The notes beneath the pieces were generated by a model. The model saw only the letters and a list, made by a program, of their open reading frames with translations. It did no database searches and was not told the origin of the DNA. From Bugula neritina (Eukaryota; Animalia; Bryozoa): a stretch of 64,000 bases of DNA. The stretch is taken from positions 10,755,751-10,819,750 of the forward strand of contig OZ037773.1 of the NCBI GenBank assembly GCA_964035545.1, given 5' to 3'. The position numbers and the translations under genes were made by a program. Shown in pieces: positions 1 to 12,004 of the stretch. Within the stretch, counting starts at the first letter, position 1, and each line of letters opens with the position of its first letter.

Positions 1-1
1 A

Positions 2-2521
2 ACATTCTTGGATGTGGAAATAGGGAACTCTACAACTCCTTTAGATTTACGTTTGCTGCCAAAGGCACCTTACCAATGCTCTATCAGTAGCAGGAACAGA
101 ATACATCTGGCGCACAAGTTAACCCAAATAAGAGCCGATGAAACGGCTAAAAAGAACTTGTCTTTGACTTTTGAAATTACAAAACTAAAAGAGAGGCTAC
201 GGATGGCACATTTTAAAGCAAGGAAATACTACCGTAGACATAAAAGAGCCTTAGGAAAAATCGATTTCCTTGAGAAAAACATAAATGGCCTCAAAAGGAC
301 TGTAACAAGGGTTAAAAAGCAAATGACTTTTTGCCATAAAAGAGAACAAAAAAATAAAACGGAATCAGAAAACAAACTGACCCTCATTAGAGTTGCTATG
401 CGACGGGAGTATTTAGAACTAAAAAAGCAGAATTCTATTTTGAAGGATAGAATTATAGAGTTGGAAGTAAAGCAAGATGAGCTAAATGATGATGTTGATA
501 CCCAGCAGTTGAAAACCAAAGACAGTGGAAAATATGTGGAAAACATTCGTAAGGCTGTTTACTATTGTGCTCGTCGGCAGGTGCCAATGAATTATATTTC
601 TGATATATTGGGTAAAAGCGTTGAGTTACTGACAGGTATCAGCGTGAGTCCACTTCCATCAGGATCTTCATGTTCAAACATGATAGCTGAGATGCGTCTT
701 CTTTCTATGGTTCAGGCTGTTGAGGCAATTCTAAATTCTACCTTTGTGAATCTAGCATGGGATGCTACAACAGTAAAATGGAAACATCTGAACGAAGTTC
801 ATGTTAATACAGACTCCGGACACTTTGTCCTTGATGTCACTGTTGTAGCTGGTAGTCAAGCATCAGATTATTCAGAGCACATCATCTCAGCTTTAGAAAA
901 TGCGGTGGACTGTTACTGCAGTTTGAATACCAACTGTGACAGGCTGGAGGTGCTGAGCAAAGTCAAAGAAAACATCACTTCAACTTTGAGTGATCGAGCT
1001 GCTGTAAATAGTTGTGTTACAGCAAAACTGGAACAATATGTGGGCCACTCTTTAATGGAACTGAATTGCAATATACATCCATTGGACAGCCTTTCTATAG
1101 AGTATAGAAAGTTGGCAAAATCTTATGAGTTAAAGCAAAATGTCTCCTCCACCCTTCCTGGAAATGAGTCAATATTGCTGAAGCTCATTTTGAGTATTTC
1201 AAAGATAAAGTACAAGAGCTCATCAGGTGAGCCAAGCAAGTTTAAAGCATTCTTTAGTCAGCAACAAGAAGATCATAGGCTTATAATGCGATACGTTGGC
1301 AATAGATTTCACGTTCTATTTGCTCTTTGCGGCAACATTCACTATCTGCTGAAATTACTTATAATGTATTTCTCTGATGTGTCTGAAAAGGAAATTTCTA
1401 AAGGTATTCTATCAGCTTTGCAGTCAGATGTTGTAAGACAAGAGCTACTCATTGGAGGACTTTTTGGGAAACGGTTAACAGGGCCATGGATGACATGCTT
1501 GTACCGGAAAGAAAATGTCTCCAACCTTGAAAGCAGTCGAATACTGAACCAGGCCTATAAGAACGTCCAGAAACTTGTACAAGAACCTGAACTTTTGTGG
1601 AGTAAAGATTTTAACTGTTTCAACATTGCCAATTCTGAAGACCCTGTAGCTTTACACCTCAATGCTGTTGAACCAGATCATGCTTTACTCTCTCTGGCCT
1701 CTCAAACAGCCAAGTCATTTGAGCAAGTAATGGTCAAACAACTAACACGGTACCTTCAAGGAGGGGAGCTGTACGAACTTCCTCCTGAAAGAGTTGTTCT
1801 TGCTACTAATGCCCCATCAGACAACATGATTGCAGAAAGTGTTTTAGGGTTGTCTGATAATTTGTGTCGTAATTTACGCAATTCAACTGCTGCACATTTG
1901 TCAGCTAAAGTAGCCTTTGCGACTAATAAAACCTTTGAATGGTTGGATACTTTAGAAAGTGGATCCATATATAACTCAATTAAAGCTTCAAGGACACTCC
2001 AAAATACATCTAAATGCCGAGCGACACAAGTTTCAGAAGATATTAGTGAGAGAATTCAAGTAAAACTGCAGTCCCAGATTGACAAAAAAAGACGGTTGTT
2101 GTCTTCAACAATTAAATCGTTTACCCAAGTTCCAAGTTCATTTGAAGAGAATGTAATCAATCAGAAGTTGGATATTCCTGTGAGTGTGGTAAATAAAGCT
2201 GCAGAGATTGTGAGATGCCCTGACACCCTAATTGGTCGAGAGTTCGTGCACATTTGGAATGTGGATGGTAGAGACAGGAAGTACCGTCTTAGAGTAATTG
2301 ACAGTAAATCGGCAGCTGATGTTACCAAATACACATCCGTTTGCATTGAAGAAGGAGAATGCTTTAGTGAAGCTGAAGAATACGACTTCATGCTGCACAA
2401 CTTCTTGACAGACTTCCTAGTAGGAGATGCTTATTTTGAAGACTCATATGGTTCTGCAGGAATAACAAACTCTGAGGGAGAAATCTCAAACCCAGAAAGC
2501 TGCAGTTTGCTTCGAGTTTAA
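2..2521 (+). CDS. Intronless DDE (RNase H-fold) transposase-like protein, probably of the hAT/P/Kolobok CxxH group; frame open to the window edge, so the 5' end is probably truncated
   Basis: 837+ aa uninterrupted ORF, whereas all host genes here are intron-rich. It has an N-terminal coiled-coil, then spaced motifs LAWDATT (first D), TLSDRAAVN (second D), CNIHPL (CxxH), YVGNRFH and SDNMIAESVLG (E). The superfamily is inferred from motif spacing only. Confidence 0.65.
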   Translation, partial: TFLDVEIGNSTTPLDLRLLPKAPYQCSISSRNRIHLAHKLTQIRADETAKKNLSLTFEITKLKERLRMAHFKARKYYRRHKRALGKIDFLEKNINGLKRTVTRVKKQMTFCHKREQKNKTESENKLTLIRVAMRREYLELKKQNSILKDRIIELEVKQDELNDDVDTQQLKTKDSGKYVENIRKAVYYCARRQVPMNYISDILGKSVELLTGISVSPLPSGSSCSNMIAEMRLLSMVQAVEAILNSTFVNLAWDATTVKWKHLNEVHVNTDSGHFVLDVTVVAGSQASDYSEHIISALENAVDCYCSLNTNCDRLEVLSKVKENITSTLSDRAAVNSCVTAKLEQYVGHSLMELNCNIHPLDSLSIEYRKLAKSYELKQNVSSTLPGNESILLKLILSISKIKYKSSSGEPSKFKAFFSQQQEDHRLIMRYVGNRFHVLFALCGNIHYLLKLLIMYFSDVSEKEISKGILSALQSDVVRQELLIGGLFGKRLTGPWMTCLYRKENVSNLESSRILNQAYKNVQKLVQEPELLWSKDFNCFNIANSEDPVALHLNAVEPDHALLSLASQTAKSFEQVMVKQLTRYLQGGELYELPPERVVLATNAPSDNMIAESVLGLSDNLCRNLRNSTAAHLSAKVAFATNKTFEWLDTLESGSIYNSIKASRTLQNTSKCRATQVSEDISERIQVKLQSQIDKKRRLLSSTIKSFTQVPSSFEENVINQKLDIPVSVVNKAAEIVRCPDTLIGREFVHIWNVDGRDRKYRLRVIDSKSAADVTKYTSVCIEEGECFSEAEEYDFMLHNFLTDFLVGDAYFEDSYGSAGITNSEGEISNPESCSLLRV

Positions 2522-3218
2522 AAATGTAATTGTCTCTTTTCATATCTATAACGTTTACTTTATAATACATTGGTTTTAGTTTACAATTTATATCAATTTA
2601 TTCTCAAAGTGTGTTCACCATTTTCTAGCTAGTGTGCTATGTCTAATATATAACTGGTTTTGGTGCCTCTGATAAACTAGATGTTTCACTCTTTTTGGCA
2701 TTTAAATAGCAATAAACCTTTTCCATTAGGTTATCGCTTTTCATATACTTTTGACTCATCAAGTTGGTTCTCTGAATAATATAATACCAAGACTTGCTGC
2801 AGTCAGCTGTTGATACAACAATCTGCACTGATGTGGGCCAGCCACTAGTAACACACATACTCTATATTATAGCATAGATTTGAACAGCTGACTGCAGGTG
2901 TGCTGAAGTGTCATCAGGTGGCCACTTGACTTACCATTGTTTGCAGACAATGCTTGTCATATTAAGATTTGCTAAAGTGTTACATGTATTGTCTATATAA
3001 GAGCTCCTCCATCTTCTAGTATATCATTACTTAACAGCACACATCACAGCTTGAGAGATTCTATCTTGGTCTACTATAATGGTTTATTATTACATTGGCA
3101 ATACCAGTCATAATCCAACACATAACCATCATCAGACTGTGACCTTTTCCATACTGGTAGTTAAACTGAGGGAAATACATAACTTAAACAAAACTTTAAA
3201 TATTTAATATACACAATT

Positions 3219-3798
3219 TAGGGGTGGATGCACATAGCAACAAAATGTAAATATTTTATAATGCCATATCATAATCGTTATAGTTGCAATAGCGTATGCT
3301 CTGAAGGTAATGATTTTATGGGCAAACATCGCCTTGCTTGATAATCCTATCATGGTTACTTTGTATAAATTGTCAGAATTAAGTGAAGAGTAATCTTCTC
3401 TTTGTAATAATGCTGTCGAAATATTTACTGCCTAAGGGAATTACAGAATGATGATAAGCACTCTACTCCGAGTTGGTGGTAAAGAACGATTTTAGTTTAT
3501 GAGTCTGACATTTGGAGTTATGTTTCCAACTATAAGCTCGGGACCAATGAACTCGGTGCTCGGGACCCCCTAAACCACTATCATCATTCACCACTACAAC
3601 TGTGTGTTGAAATGTGAATATTGCTAGAAGCAACACTAAATTGGGGGTGAACGAGTTCGTATGCAACTCGAATTCGAGACACCCACCCCTACTGCACACT
3701 GAGTCTAGGCTAGGCAAAACTAGCAAAACCATTGAACTCAATAATTATTATTAACTGGTCTATTCCAGCTCAGTGCGTAAAACGAGCTGGAAAGACCA
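3219..3798. mobile_element. Probable DNA-transposon terminal/subterminal region with inverted repeats
   Basis: TAGGGGTGGATG (3219-3230) is an 11/12 inverted match to CACCCACCCCTA (3680-3691). A second CCCCTA end lies at about 3572, and a hairpin at 3756-3798. Motifs are shared with 19176-19297. No TSD found. Confidence 0.4.
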
Positions 3799-4053
3799 TT
3801 TTCATTGAGTTGTAAGGTCGCCGTAAAAATCTTTCTGCATGTGGTTCGAAAGTTTGTTTGAACGCTCTACTATCAAGATGACCTTGACAACAACATTCGT
3901 TTTTCTCTTATTCATTTTGGAATAAATTATTACTATTATAATTATTATTGGTGGTATTATAGTTATACACACTGAGGTGAAATATTATTGAGTTCATTGG
4001 TTATACAGATCAACTTTAAACCATAACAATATTTGATTATTTTCAAAATCAAA

Positions 4054-7000
4054 ATGAAGCGTTTGAAATTGTTAAACCGATCATTTCTGCACATTAATAA
4101 GCATTTTCAAACAAGGAGACGCCACATTCACACTGGATCACTCGTAAACGAAATAGATGTTCATTCGGATGATTACAGGGTAAAACTAAATTTTTATTAT
4201 AAGTTAATCAAAATCAAAATGATTATGAAATAAAAAATCAATTTAAATTTATAACACATTCACAAATTTGCAATGCTAATGTTATTTATTGTTAACTAAT
4301 AGCTACACTCTATTCACTTTGTCTCTATTGTCGTACTTGTAATTCAAATTGTTGTATTTCGATTTGATTTGAGCAATTTGAGTAATATTTATATTCATAA
4401 TCATATTGATGGCAGTTATAATATAAATTGAAATATTAAGTTTAGTTACAATTATTATTGTAATAATTTTTTAAGTAAAGCTAAAGGTAATCATTGTCAT
4501 TATGATTGCCACTGAGTCATTATGATTATGAATATGATTGTGCTCAATCGTTATCGGTTATTCATTAACTTTAATGTTTGACAAATAATAATGTTATTAT
4601 TTATTTATTATTATTTTGCTTATGGTTATATTTATTACTAATAATAATTGTTGATATTTATAATTATGTTGATTATGTTAATCTTTGTTTTCTAGATTTA
4701 CTATAATTCAGTTCGTTATATTTTTGATTATAGGCAGAATAATTATTATTTCCTACACCATTATTATATGTCTTCATGTGTGTGATATGTAATAAATCAA
4801 TTTAATGTTAGTATGATCTAACTGTATAACTGTGGTGTAGTTTCAGCTTTTTTTGATCACTATTACTAGTGTTAACTGTTATTGTAATTGCAGCAAATAC
4901 TGGATTATCAGTTATGTAAATATTGAGATGAATATTAATATCAACATGTTTATTTCTTTGATGTAGTCATAAATGTTCTAAGTTTGAATACATATCTTAT
5001 ACAAGCCATGTATGCTACTAGGTTTATATTTTACAGACCAACTTTGAAGCGATGTCCTCTTTAGTCTCAACGCTCAAAAAACATACAAATAGAATTATTT
5101 TAGGTAAGCGAATTTTTTCAAAATTGGAAGTGAAAACGTTCTTGAGGTTTAAAATTTTTGTTCAATTTATTAGGTTGATTTTCTAGTGTTATCAAATGTA
5201 TGCCTGTAAGATGAATTCAGTCTGTGTTTGTGACCTTGAGGTGGCGGTGAGAAGGCGAGAGAGAGGCACGCATCGAGGAATAAACTGTTTGTTAGAGACA
5301 GAATAGATAGACTACTGGACCCTTGTAGTAGTTTCTTGGAGTTCTCCCAGTTGGCAGGCCACGAGCTGTATGGGGAAGATGTACCTGCAGGGGGGATAGT
5401 TACTGGCATAGGACAAGTTTCTGGGTATTTGTAATATACTTACACTACATATACTTACACAACATATACTTACACTACATATACTTACACTACCTATACT
5501 TACACTACATATACTTACACTACTATACTTACACAACATATACTTACACTACATATACTTACACTACATATACTTACACTACATATACTTACACTACATA
5601 TACTTACACTACATATACTTACACTAGATATACTTTCACTACATATACTTACACTACATATACTTACACTACATATACTTACACTACATATACTTACACT
5701 ACATATACTTACACTACTATACTTACACAACATATACTTACACTACATATACTTACACTACATATACTTACACTACATATACTTACACTACATATACTTA
5801 CACTACATATACTTACACTAGATATACTTTCACTACATATACTTACACTACATATACTTACACTACATATACTTACAGTGTAGAGTGTGTCATCATAGCT
5901 AATGACCCAACAGTAAAGGGAGGCTCATACTATCCAATCACAGTGAAGAAACACTTAAGAGCTCAGGATATTGCCAGACAGAACAATCTTCCGTGTTTGT
6001 ACCTAGGTGTGTGTGCTACTATCACTTACATTACATCATATGTATGTATATATAGTACATCATATGTATGTATATATAGTACATCATATGTATGTATATA
6101 TAGTACATCATATGTATGTATATATAGTACATCATATGTATGTATATATAGTACATCATATGTATGTATATATAGTACATCATATGTATGTATATATAGT
6201 ACATCATATGTATGTATATAGTACATCATATGTATGTATATATAGTACATCATATGTATGTATATATAGTACATCATATGTATGTATATATAGTATATCA
6301 TATGTATGTATATATAGTACATCATATGTATGTATATATAGTACATCATATGTATGTATATATAGTACATCATATGTATGTATATATAGTACATCATATG
6401 TATGTATATATAGTACATCATATGTATGTATATATAGTACATCATATGTATGTATATATAGTACAACATATGTATGTATATATAGTACATCATATGTATG
6501 TATATATAGTACATCATATGTATGTATATATAGTACAACATATGTATGTATATATAGTACGTCATATGTATGTATATAGTACATCATATATATGTGTTGC
6601 TGTTACAGTTGACTCTGGAGGTGCTAATTTGCCGAGACAAGATGAAGTTTTTCCAGATAGAGATCACTTTGGTAGAATATTTTACAACCAGGCAACCATG
6701 TCTAGTGAGGGAATACCTCAGGTGAGTTCGGGAAACACCAAAGGGAAGTGAGGGAATACCTCAGGTGAGTTCGGGAAACACCAAAGGGAAGTGAGGTGAT
6801 ACGTCAGGTTGAGAGTGAGGGAATCTCTCAAACTGGAAGTGTTTCACAGTACATACATATGAATATGAGACGCTGTACTATATGTATTATACAATCTGTT
6901 GATTTATAGATAGCTGTGGTGCTGGGAAGCTGCACGGCGGGAGGTGCATACGTGCCCGCCATGTCTGATGAAAGTATCATAGTGAAGAAACAAGGCACGA

Positions 7001-10000
7001 TATTTCTGGCTGGACCTCCACTGGTGGGTACACGCTATACTCTCTACTCTATACTCTCTACTCTATAGTCTATACTCTCTACTCTATACTCTATACTCTA
7101 TGGTCTATACTCTATACTCTCTGCTTTATACTCTCTGCTCTATAGTCTATACTCTCTACTCTATAGTCTATACTCTATACTCTCTGCTCTATACTCTCTG
7201 CTCTATAGTCTATACTCTCTACTCTATACTCTATACTCTATGGTCTATACTCTATACTCTCTGCTCTATACTCTCTGCTCTATAGTCTATACTCTCTACT
7301 CTATAGTCTATACTCTATACTCTCTACTCTATACTCTATGGTCTATACTCTATACTCTCTACTCTCTGCTCTATAGTCTATACTCTATAGTCTATACTCT
7401 ATACTCTCTACTCTATATTCTATAGTCTCTGCTCTATAGTCTATAGTCTCTACTCTTTACTCTATAGTCTATACTCTCTACTCTATACTCTATGGTCTAT
7501 ACTCTCTGCTCTATAATCTATAGTCTATACTCTATACTCTCTACTCTATACTCTCTACTCTATAGTCTATACTCTATAGTCTACTACAGTACACTATACA
7601 GGATACTACAGTACACTATACAGGATACTACAGTACACTATACAGAATACTACAGTACACTATACAGAATACTATACATACAGGTGAGAGCTGCCACAGG
7701 TGAACAGGTGTCAGCCGAGGAGCTAGGAGGAGCTGACCTACACTGTGGTAAATCAGGGGTCACCGATCATTACGCTGTCGATGATGAACACGCCTTGCAC
7801 TTGGCTAGGAGAGTCGTGGCTAACCTCAACAGACCGAGAGTGGACCACCTGAGGTGTGTGTCTATACTGTATACTATCTGCTATATACTATATGCTCCCT
7901 GCTATATACTGTATACTATCTACTATATACTCTATGCTATCTCCTATATACTATATGCTATATGCTATATACTCTATGCTATCTGCTATATACTCTATGC
8001 TATCTGCTATATATACTCTATGCTATCTGCTATATATACTATATACTATCTGCTATATACTCTATACTATCTGCTATATACTATCTGCTATATACTATAT
8101 ACTCTATGCTATCTGCTATATACTCTATGCTATATACTCTATGCTATCTGCTATATACTCTATGCTATCTGCTATATATACTATATGCTATCTGCTATAT
8201 ACTATATGCTATCTGCTATATACTCTATACTATCTGCTATATACTATCTGCTATATATACTCTCTGCTATATATACTGTATACTATGGTATATGCTGTAT
8301 ATGTGTATAGTATGTAGAGTGATATTAATCTAATTGTCTCTTTAAGTCGTAACAGCAGTTTTGACCCTCCTCTGTATGATCCAAAGGAACTCTATGGCAT
8401 TGTGGGACAGAATCTCAAAAAGACATTTGACATGCGCCAGGTAGGGTGTGTTTAACTAATCAGCACTTTACTCGAGTGATTGGACTGCTCTGATTGGCTG
8501 AGACTAATGGGAGCTCTTTTACAGGTGATAGCCCGGGTTGTTGATGGCTCAAAGTTTGATGAGTTTAAGGCACGGTTTGGCGAATCCATCATTACTGGTT
8601 TTGCTTCTATCTCCGGCTATCCTTGTGGCATAATAGGCAACAATGGAGTACTCTTCTCAGAATCGGCATTGAAGGTAATTCACTCTAAGAATGTTGACTG
8701 TACTAGTATTTACTCTAAGAGTGTTGACTGTACTAGTATTTACTCCAAGAGTGTTGACTGTACTAGTATTTACTCTAAGAGTGTTGACTGTACTAGTATT
8801 TACTCTAATAATGTTGACTGTACTAGTTTTTACTCTAAGAGTGTTGACTGTACTAGTATTTACTCCAAGAGTGTTGACTGTACTAGTATTTACTTTAAGA
8901 GTGTTGACTGTACTAGTATTTACTCTAAGAGTGTTGACTGTACTAGTATTTACTCTAAGAGTGTTGACTGTAATCTATTTGTAGGCCACTCACTTTATAG
9001 AATTATGCTGCCAAAGAAAAATACCCTTAATATTTCTACAGAACATAACTGGTAAGTATGCCATTAACACCCATGTTTATTATATAGACGTTAGATACTC
9101 TGTAGTTGGTATGTAAATACAGATATAGTAGCAGATATACACTACATATAGTTGGCTATTGTATTGGCTATTCTCAGGTTTCATGGTTGGTAAGGAGGCT
9201 GAAGCTGGTGGAATTGCCAAGAATGGAGCGAAAATGGTGACAGCTGTGGCCTGTGCCAAAGTTCCTAAGATTACACTGATTATTGGCGGGTCCTATGGGG
9301 CTGGTAACTACGGCATGTGTGGCAGGGCGTATGCGTAAGTTTACACCTCAGGCTATGCTTATACCTCAGGCTATGCTTATACCTCAGGCTATGCTTATAC
9401 CTCAGGCTATGCTTATACCTTATCCTTAGAGTACTGGGTGATAGTATATACTGTAGAGTACTGGGTGCTAGTATATACTGTAGAGTACTGGGTGATAGTA
9501 TATACTGTAGAGTACTGGGTGATAGTATATACTGTAGAATATATGCTGTAGAGTACTGGGTGATAGTATATACTGTAGAGTACTGGGTGATAGTATATAC
9601 TGTAGAGTACTGGGTGATAGTATATACTGTAGAGTACTGGGTGATAGTATATACTGTAGAGTACTGGGTGTTAGTATATACTGTAGAGTACTGGGTGATA
9701 GTATATACTGTAGAATATATGCTGTAGAGTACTGGGTGATAGTATATACTGTAGAGTACTGGGTGATAGTATACTGTAGAGTACTGGGTGATAGTATATA
9801 CTGTAGAGTACTGGGTGATAGTATATACTGTAGAGTACTGGGTGCTAGTATATACTGTAGAATATATGCTGTAGAGTACTGGGTGATAGTATATACTGTA
9901 GAGTACTGGGTGATAGTATACTGGTTTGACTTGTAGCCCCAGATTTCTGTACATGTGGCCGAACTCTCGAATATCAGTGATGGGCGGGGAACAGGCAGCT

Positions 10001-10606
10001 GGAGTGTTAGCTCAGATCAGTCGTGAGCAGCGGGAGAGGGAAGGAAAGCAGGTAGCTTTTACTGTATTAGATAAGTCATATGTCTACTGTGTAAGATGAG
10101 TCATATGTATACTGTGTAAGATGAGTCATATGTATACTGTGTAAGATGAGTCATATGTCTACTGTATAAGATGAGTCATATGTCTACTGTATAAGATGAG
10201 TCATATGTATACTGTGTAAGATGAGCCATATGTATACTGTATTAGATGAGTATTATATATATATATATGTATATATATATAGCTTTAGTGTTTATATTTC
10301 AGTGGACGCAGACGGAGGAGGATGCCCTGAAAGCCCCAATACTTGCTAAGTATGATAAGGAAGGAAGCCCTTACTATTCCAGTGCTAGGTAATGAGATTT
10401 TAAACCTGTTTTAGTTAGAATTTCCTTAGCAGATTACTTCAAGTAGTTTATAAAGTGTAGCCTTATGCCCTGTGTCTTGTATGTTAAGGTTGTGGGACGA
10501 TGGAGTGATAGACCCGGCTGATACGAGAACTGTGTTGTCACTGAGTCTGGCAGCATGTTCTAACGCCCCCACACCAGACACCAAGTTTGGCATATTCAGG
10601 ATGTAG
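4054..10606 (+). CDS. MCCC2: Methylcrotonoyl-CoA carboxylase beta chain, mitochondrial (~562 aa, 14 exons)
   Basis: Exons 4054-4179, 5037-5103, 5241-5424, 5879-6006, 6609-6721, 6910-7023, 7684-7853, 8347-8440, 8525-8674, 8985-9051, 9178-9334, 9937-10051, 10303-10388, 10489-10606; all GT-AG, 1689 nt. Basic transit-peptide-like N-terminus. Motifs [68 protein letters not shown] and terminal FGIFRM. Confidence 0.97.
5434..5878. repeat. 15-bp tandem array (ATATACTTACACTAC) in MCCC2 intron 3
   Basis: About 29 copies; the last unit ends ATATACTTACAG and forms the acceptor. Confidence 0.95.
6033..6592. repeat. 24-bp tandem array (ACATCATATGTATGTATATATAGT) in MCCC2 intron 4
   Basis: About 23 near-perfect copies. 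Confidence 0.95.
6704..6830 (+). repeat. 43-bp duplication spanning the MCCC2 exon 5 splice donor
   Basis: AGTGAGGGAATACCTCAG|GTGAGTTCGGGAAACACCAAAGGGA occurs twice exactly, followed by two degenerate partial copies. Confidence 0.9.
7035..8310. repeat. Low-complexity CTATACT/CTGCTATA arrays filling MCCC2 introns 6 (7035-7680) and 7 (7860-8310)
   Basis: Degenerate short-unit repeats on either side of exon 7684-7853, plus a 22-bp TACTACAGTACACTATACAGGA block at about 7582-7676. Confidence 0.85.
8678..8972. repeat. 30-bp tandem array (TTTACTCTAAGAGTGTTGACTGTACTAGTA) in MCCC2 intron 9
   Basis: About 10 copies occupying almost the whole intron. Confidence 0.95.
9345..9922. repeat. Two adjacent arrays in MCCC2 intron 11: 18-bp ACCTCAGGCTATGCTTAT (x4) and 27-bp GAGTACTGGGTGATAGTATATACTGTA (~17x)
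   Basis: Seen directly. Confidence 0.93.
10060..10252. repeat. 25-bp tandem array (TACTGTGTAAGATGAGTCATATGTA) in MCCC2 intron 12
   Basis: About 7-8 copies. Confidence 0.9.
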
Positions 10607-12004
10607 ATGGACTCTCTTCTCTCAGTCTATGTATCCTGTAGATGGACTCTCTTCTCTCAGTCTATGTATCCTGTAGATGGACTCTCTTCTCTCAGTCTAT
10701 ATATCCTGTAGATGGACTCTCTTCTCTCAGTCTATGTATCCTGTAGATGGACTCTCCTCTCTCAGTCTATATATTCTGTATATGGACTCTCTTCTCTCAG
10801 TCTATGTATCCTGTAGATGGACTCTCTTCTCTCAGTCTATATATCCTGTAGATGGACTCTCTTCTCTCAGTCTATATATCCTGTAGATGGACTCTCTTCT
10901 CTCAGTCTATGTATCCTGTAGATGGACTCTCTTCTCTCAGTCTATATATCCTGTAGATGGACTCTCTTCTCTCAGTCTATATATCCTGTAGATGGACTCT
11001 CTTCTCTCAGTCTATGTATCCTGTAGATGGACTCTCTTCTCTTAGTCTATGTATCCTGTAGATGGACTCTCTTCTCTCAGTCTATGTATCCTGTGAATGG
11101 ACTCTCTTCTCTCAGTCTATATATCCTGTAGATGGACTATCTTCTCTCAGTCTATATATCCTGTAGATGGACTCTCTTCTCTCAGTCTATATATCCTGTA
11201 GATGGACTCTCTTCTCTCAGTCTATATATCCTGTAGATGGACTCTCTTCTCTCAGTCTATATATCCTGTAGATGGACTCTCTTCTCTCAGTCTATGTATC
11301 CTGTAGATGGACTCTCTTCTCTCAGTCTATATATCCTGTAGATGGACTCTCAGTCTATATATCCTGTAGATGGACTCTCAGTCTATATATCCTGTAGATG
11401 GACTATCTTCTCTCAGTCTATATATCCTGTAGATGGACTCTCTTCTCTCAGTCTATGTATCCTGTAGATGGACTATCTTCTCTCAGTCTATATATCCTGT
11501 AGATGGACTCTCTTCTCTCAGTCTATGTATCCTGTAGATGGACTCTCTTCTCTCAGTCTATATATCCTGTAGATGGACTCTCTTCTCTCAGTCTATGTAT
11601 CCTGTAGATGGACTCTCTTCTCTCAGTCTATGTATCCTGTAGATGGACTCTCCTCTCTCAGTCTATATATCCTGTAGATGGACTCTCTTCTCTCAGTCTA
11701 TGTATCCTGTAGATGGACTCTCTTCTCTCAGTCTATGTATCCTGTAGATGGACTCTCCTCTCTCAGTCTATATATCCTGTAGATGGACTCTCTTCTCTCA
11801 GTCTATATATCCTGTAGATGGACTCTCTTCTCTCAGTCTATGTATCCTGTAGATGGACTCTCTTCTCTCAGTCTATGTATCCTGTAGATGGACTCTCCTC
11901 TCTCAGTCTATATATCCTGTAGATGGACTCTCTTCTCTCAGTCTATGTATCCTGTAGATGGACTCTCTTCTCTCAGTCTATGTATCCTGTGAATGAACTC
12001 TCTT
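10602..12004 (+). repeat. 35-bp tandem array (TGTAGATGGACTCTCTTCTCTCAGTCTATRTATCC) starting at the MCCC2 stop codon
   Basis: About 40 copies; the first unit overlaps ATG TAG of the last exon. Confidence 0.95.

Noticed and set aside
2643-3170. Possible second, minus-strand transposon gene (e.g. peptide ...DYDWYCQC...)
   Set aside because: Only short fragments; I could not assemble a spliced frame or recognise a nuclease or PHD motif.
10602-12004. CRISPR-like regular 35-bp repeats (also other 25-55 bp arrays)
   Set aside because: Units are head-to-tail with no unique spacers, there are no cas genes, and the context is eukaryotic.
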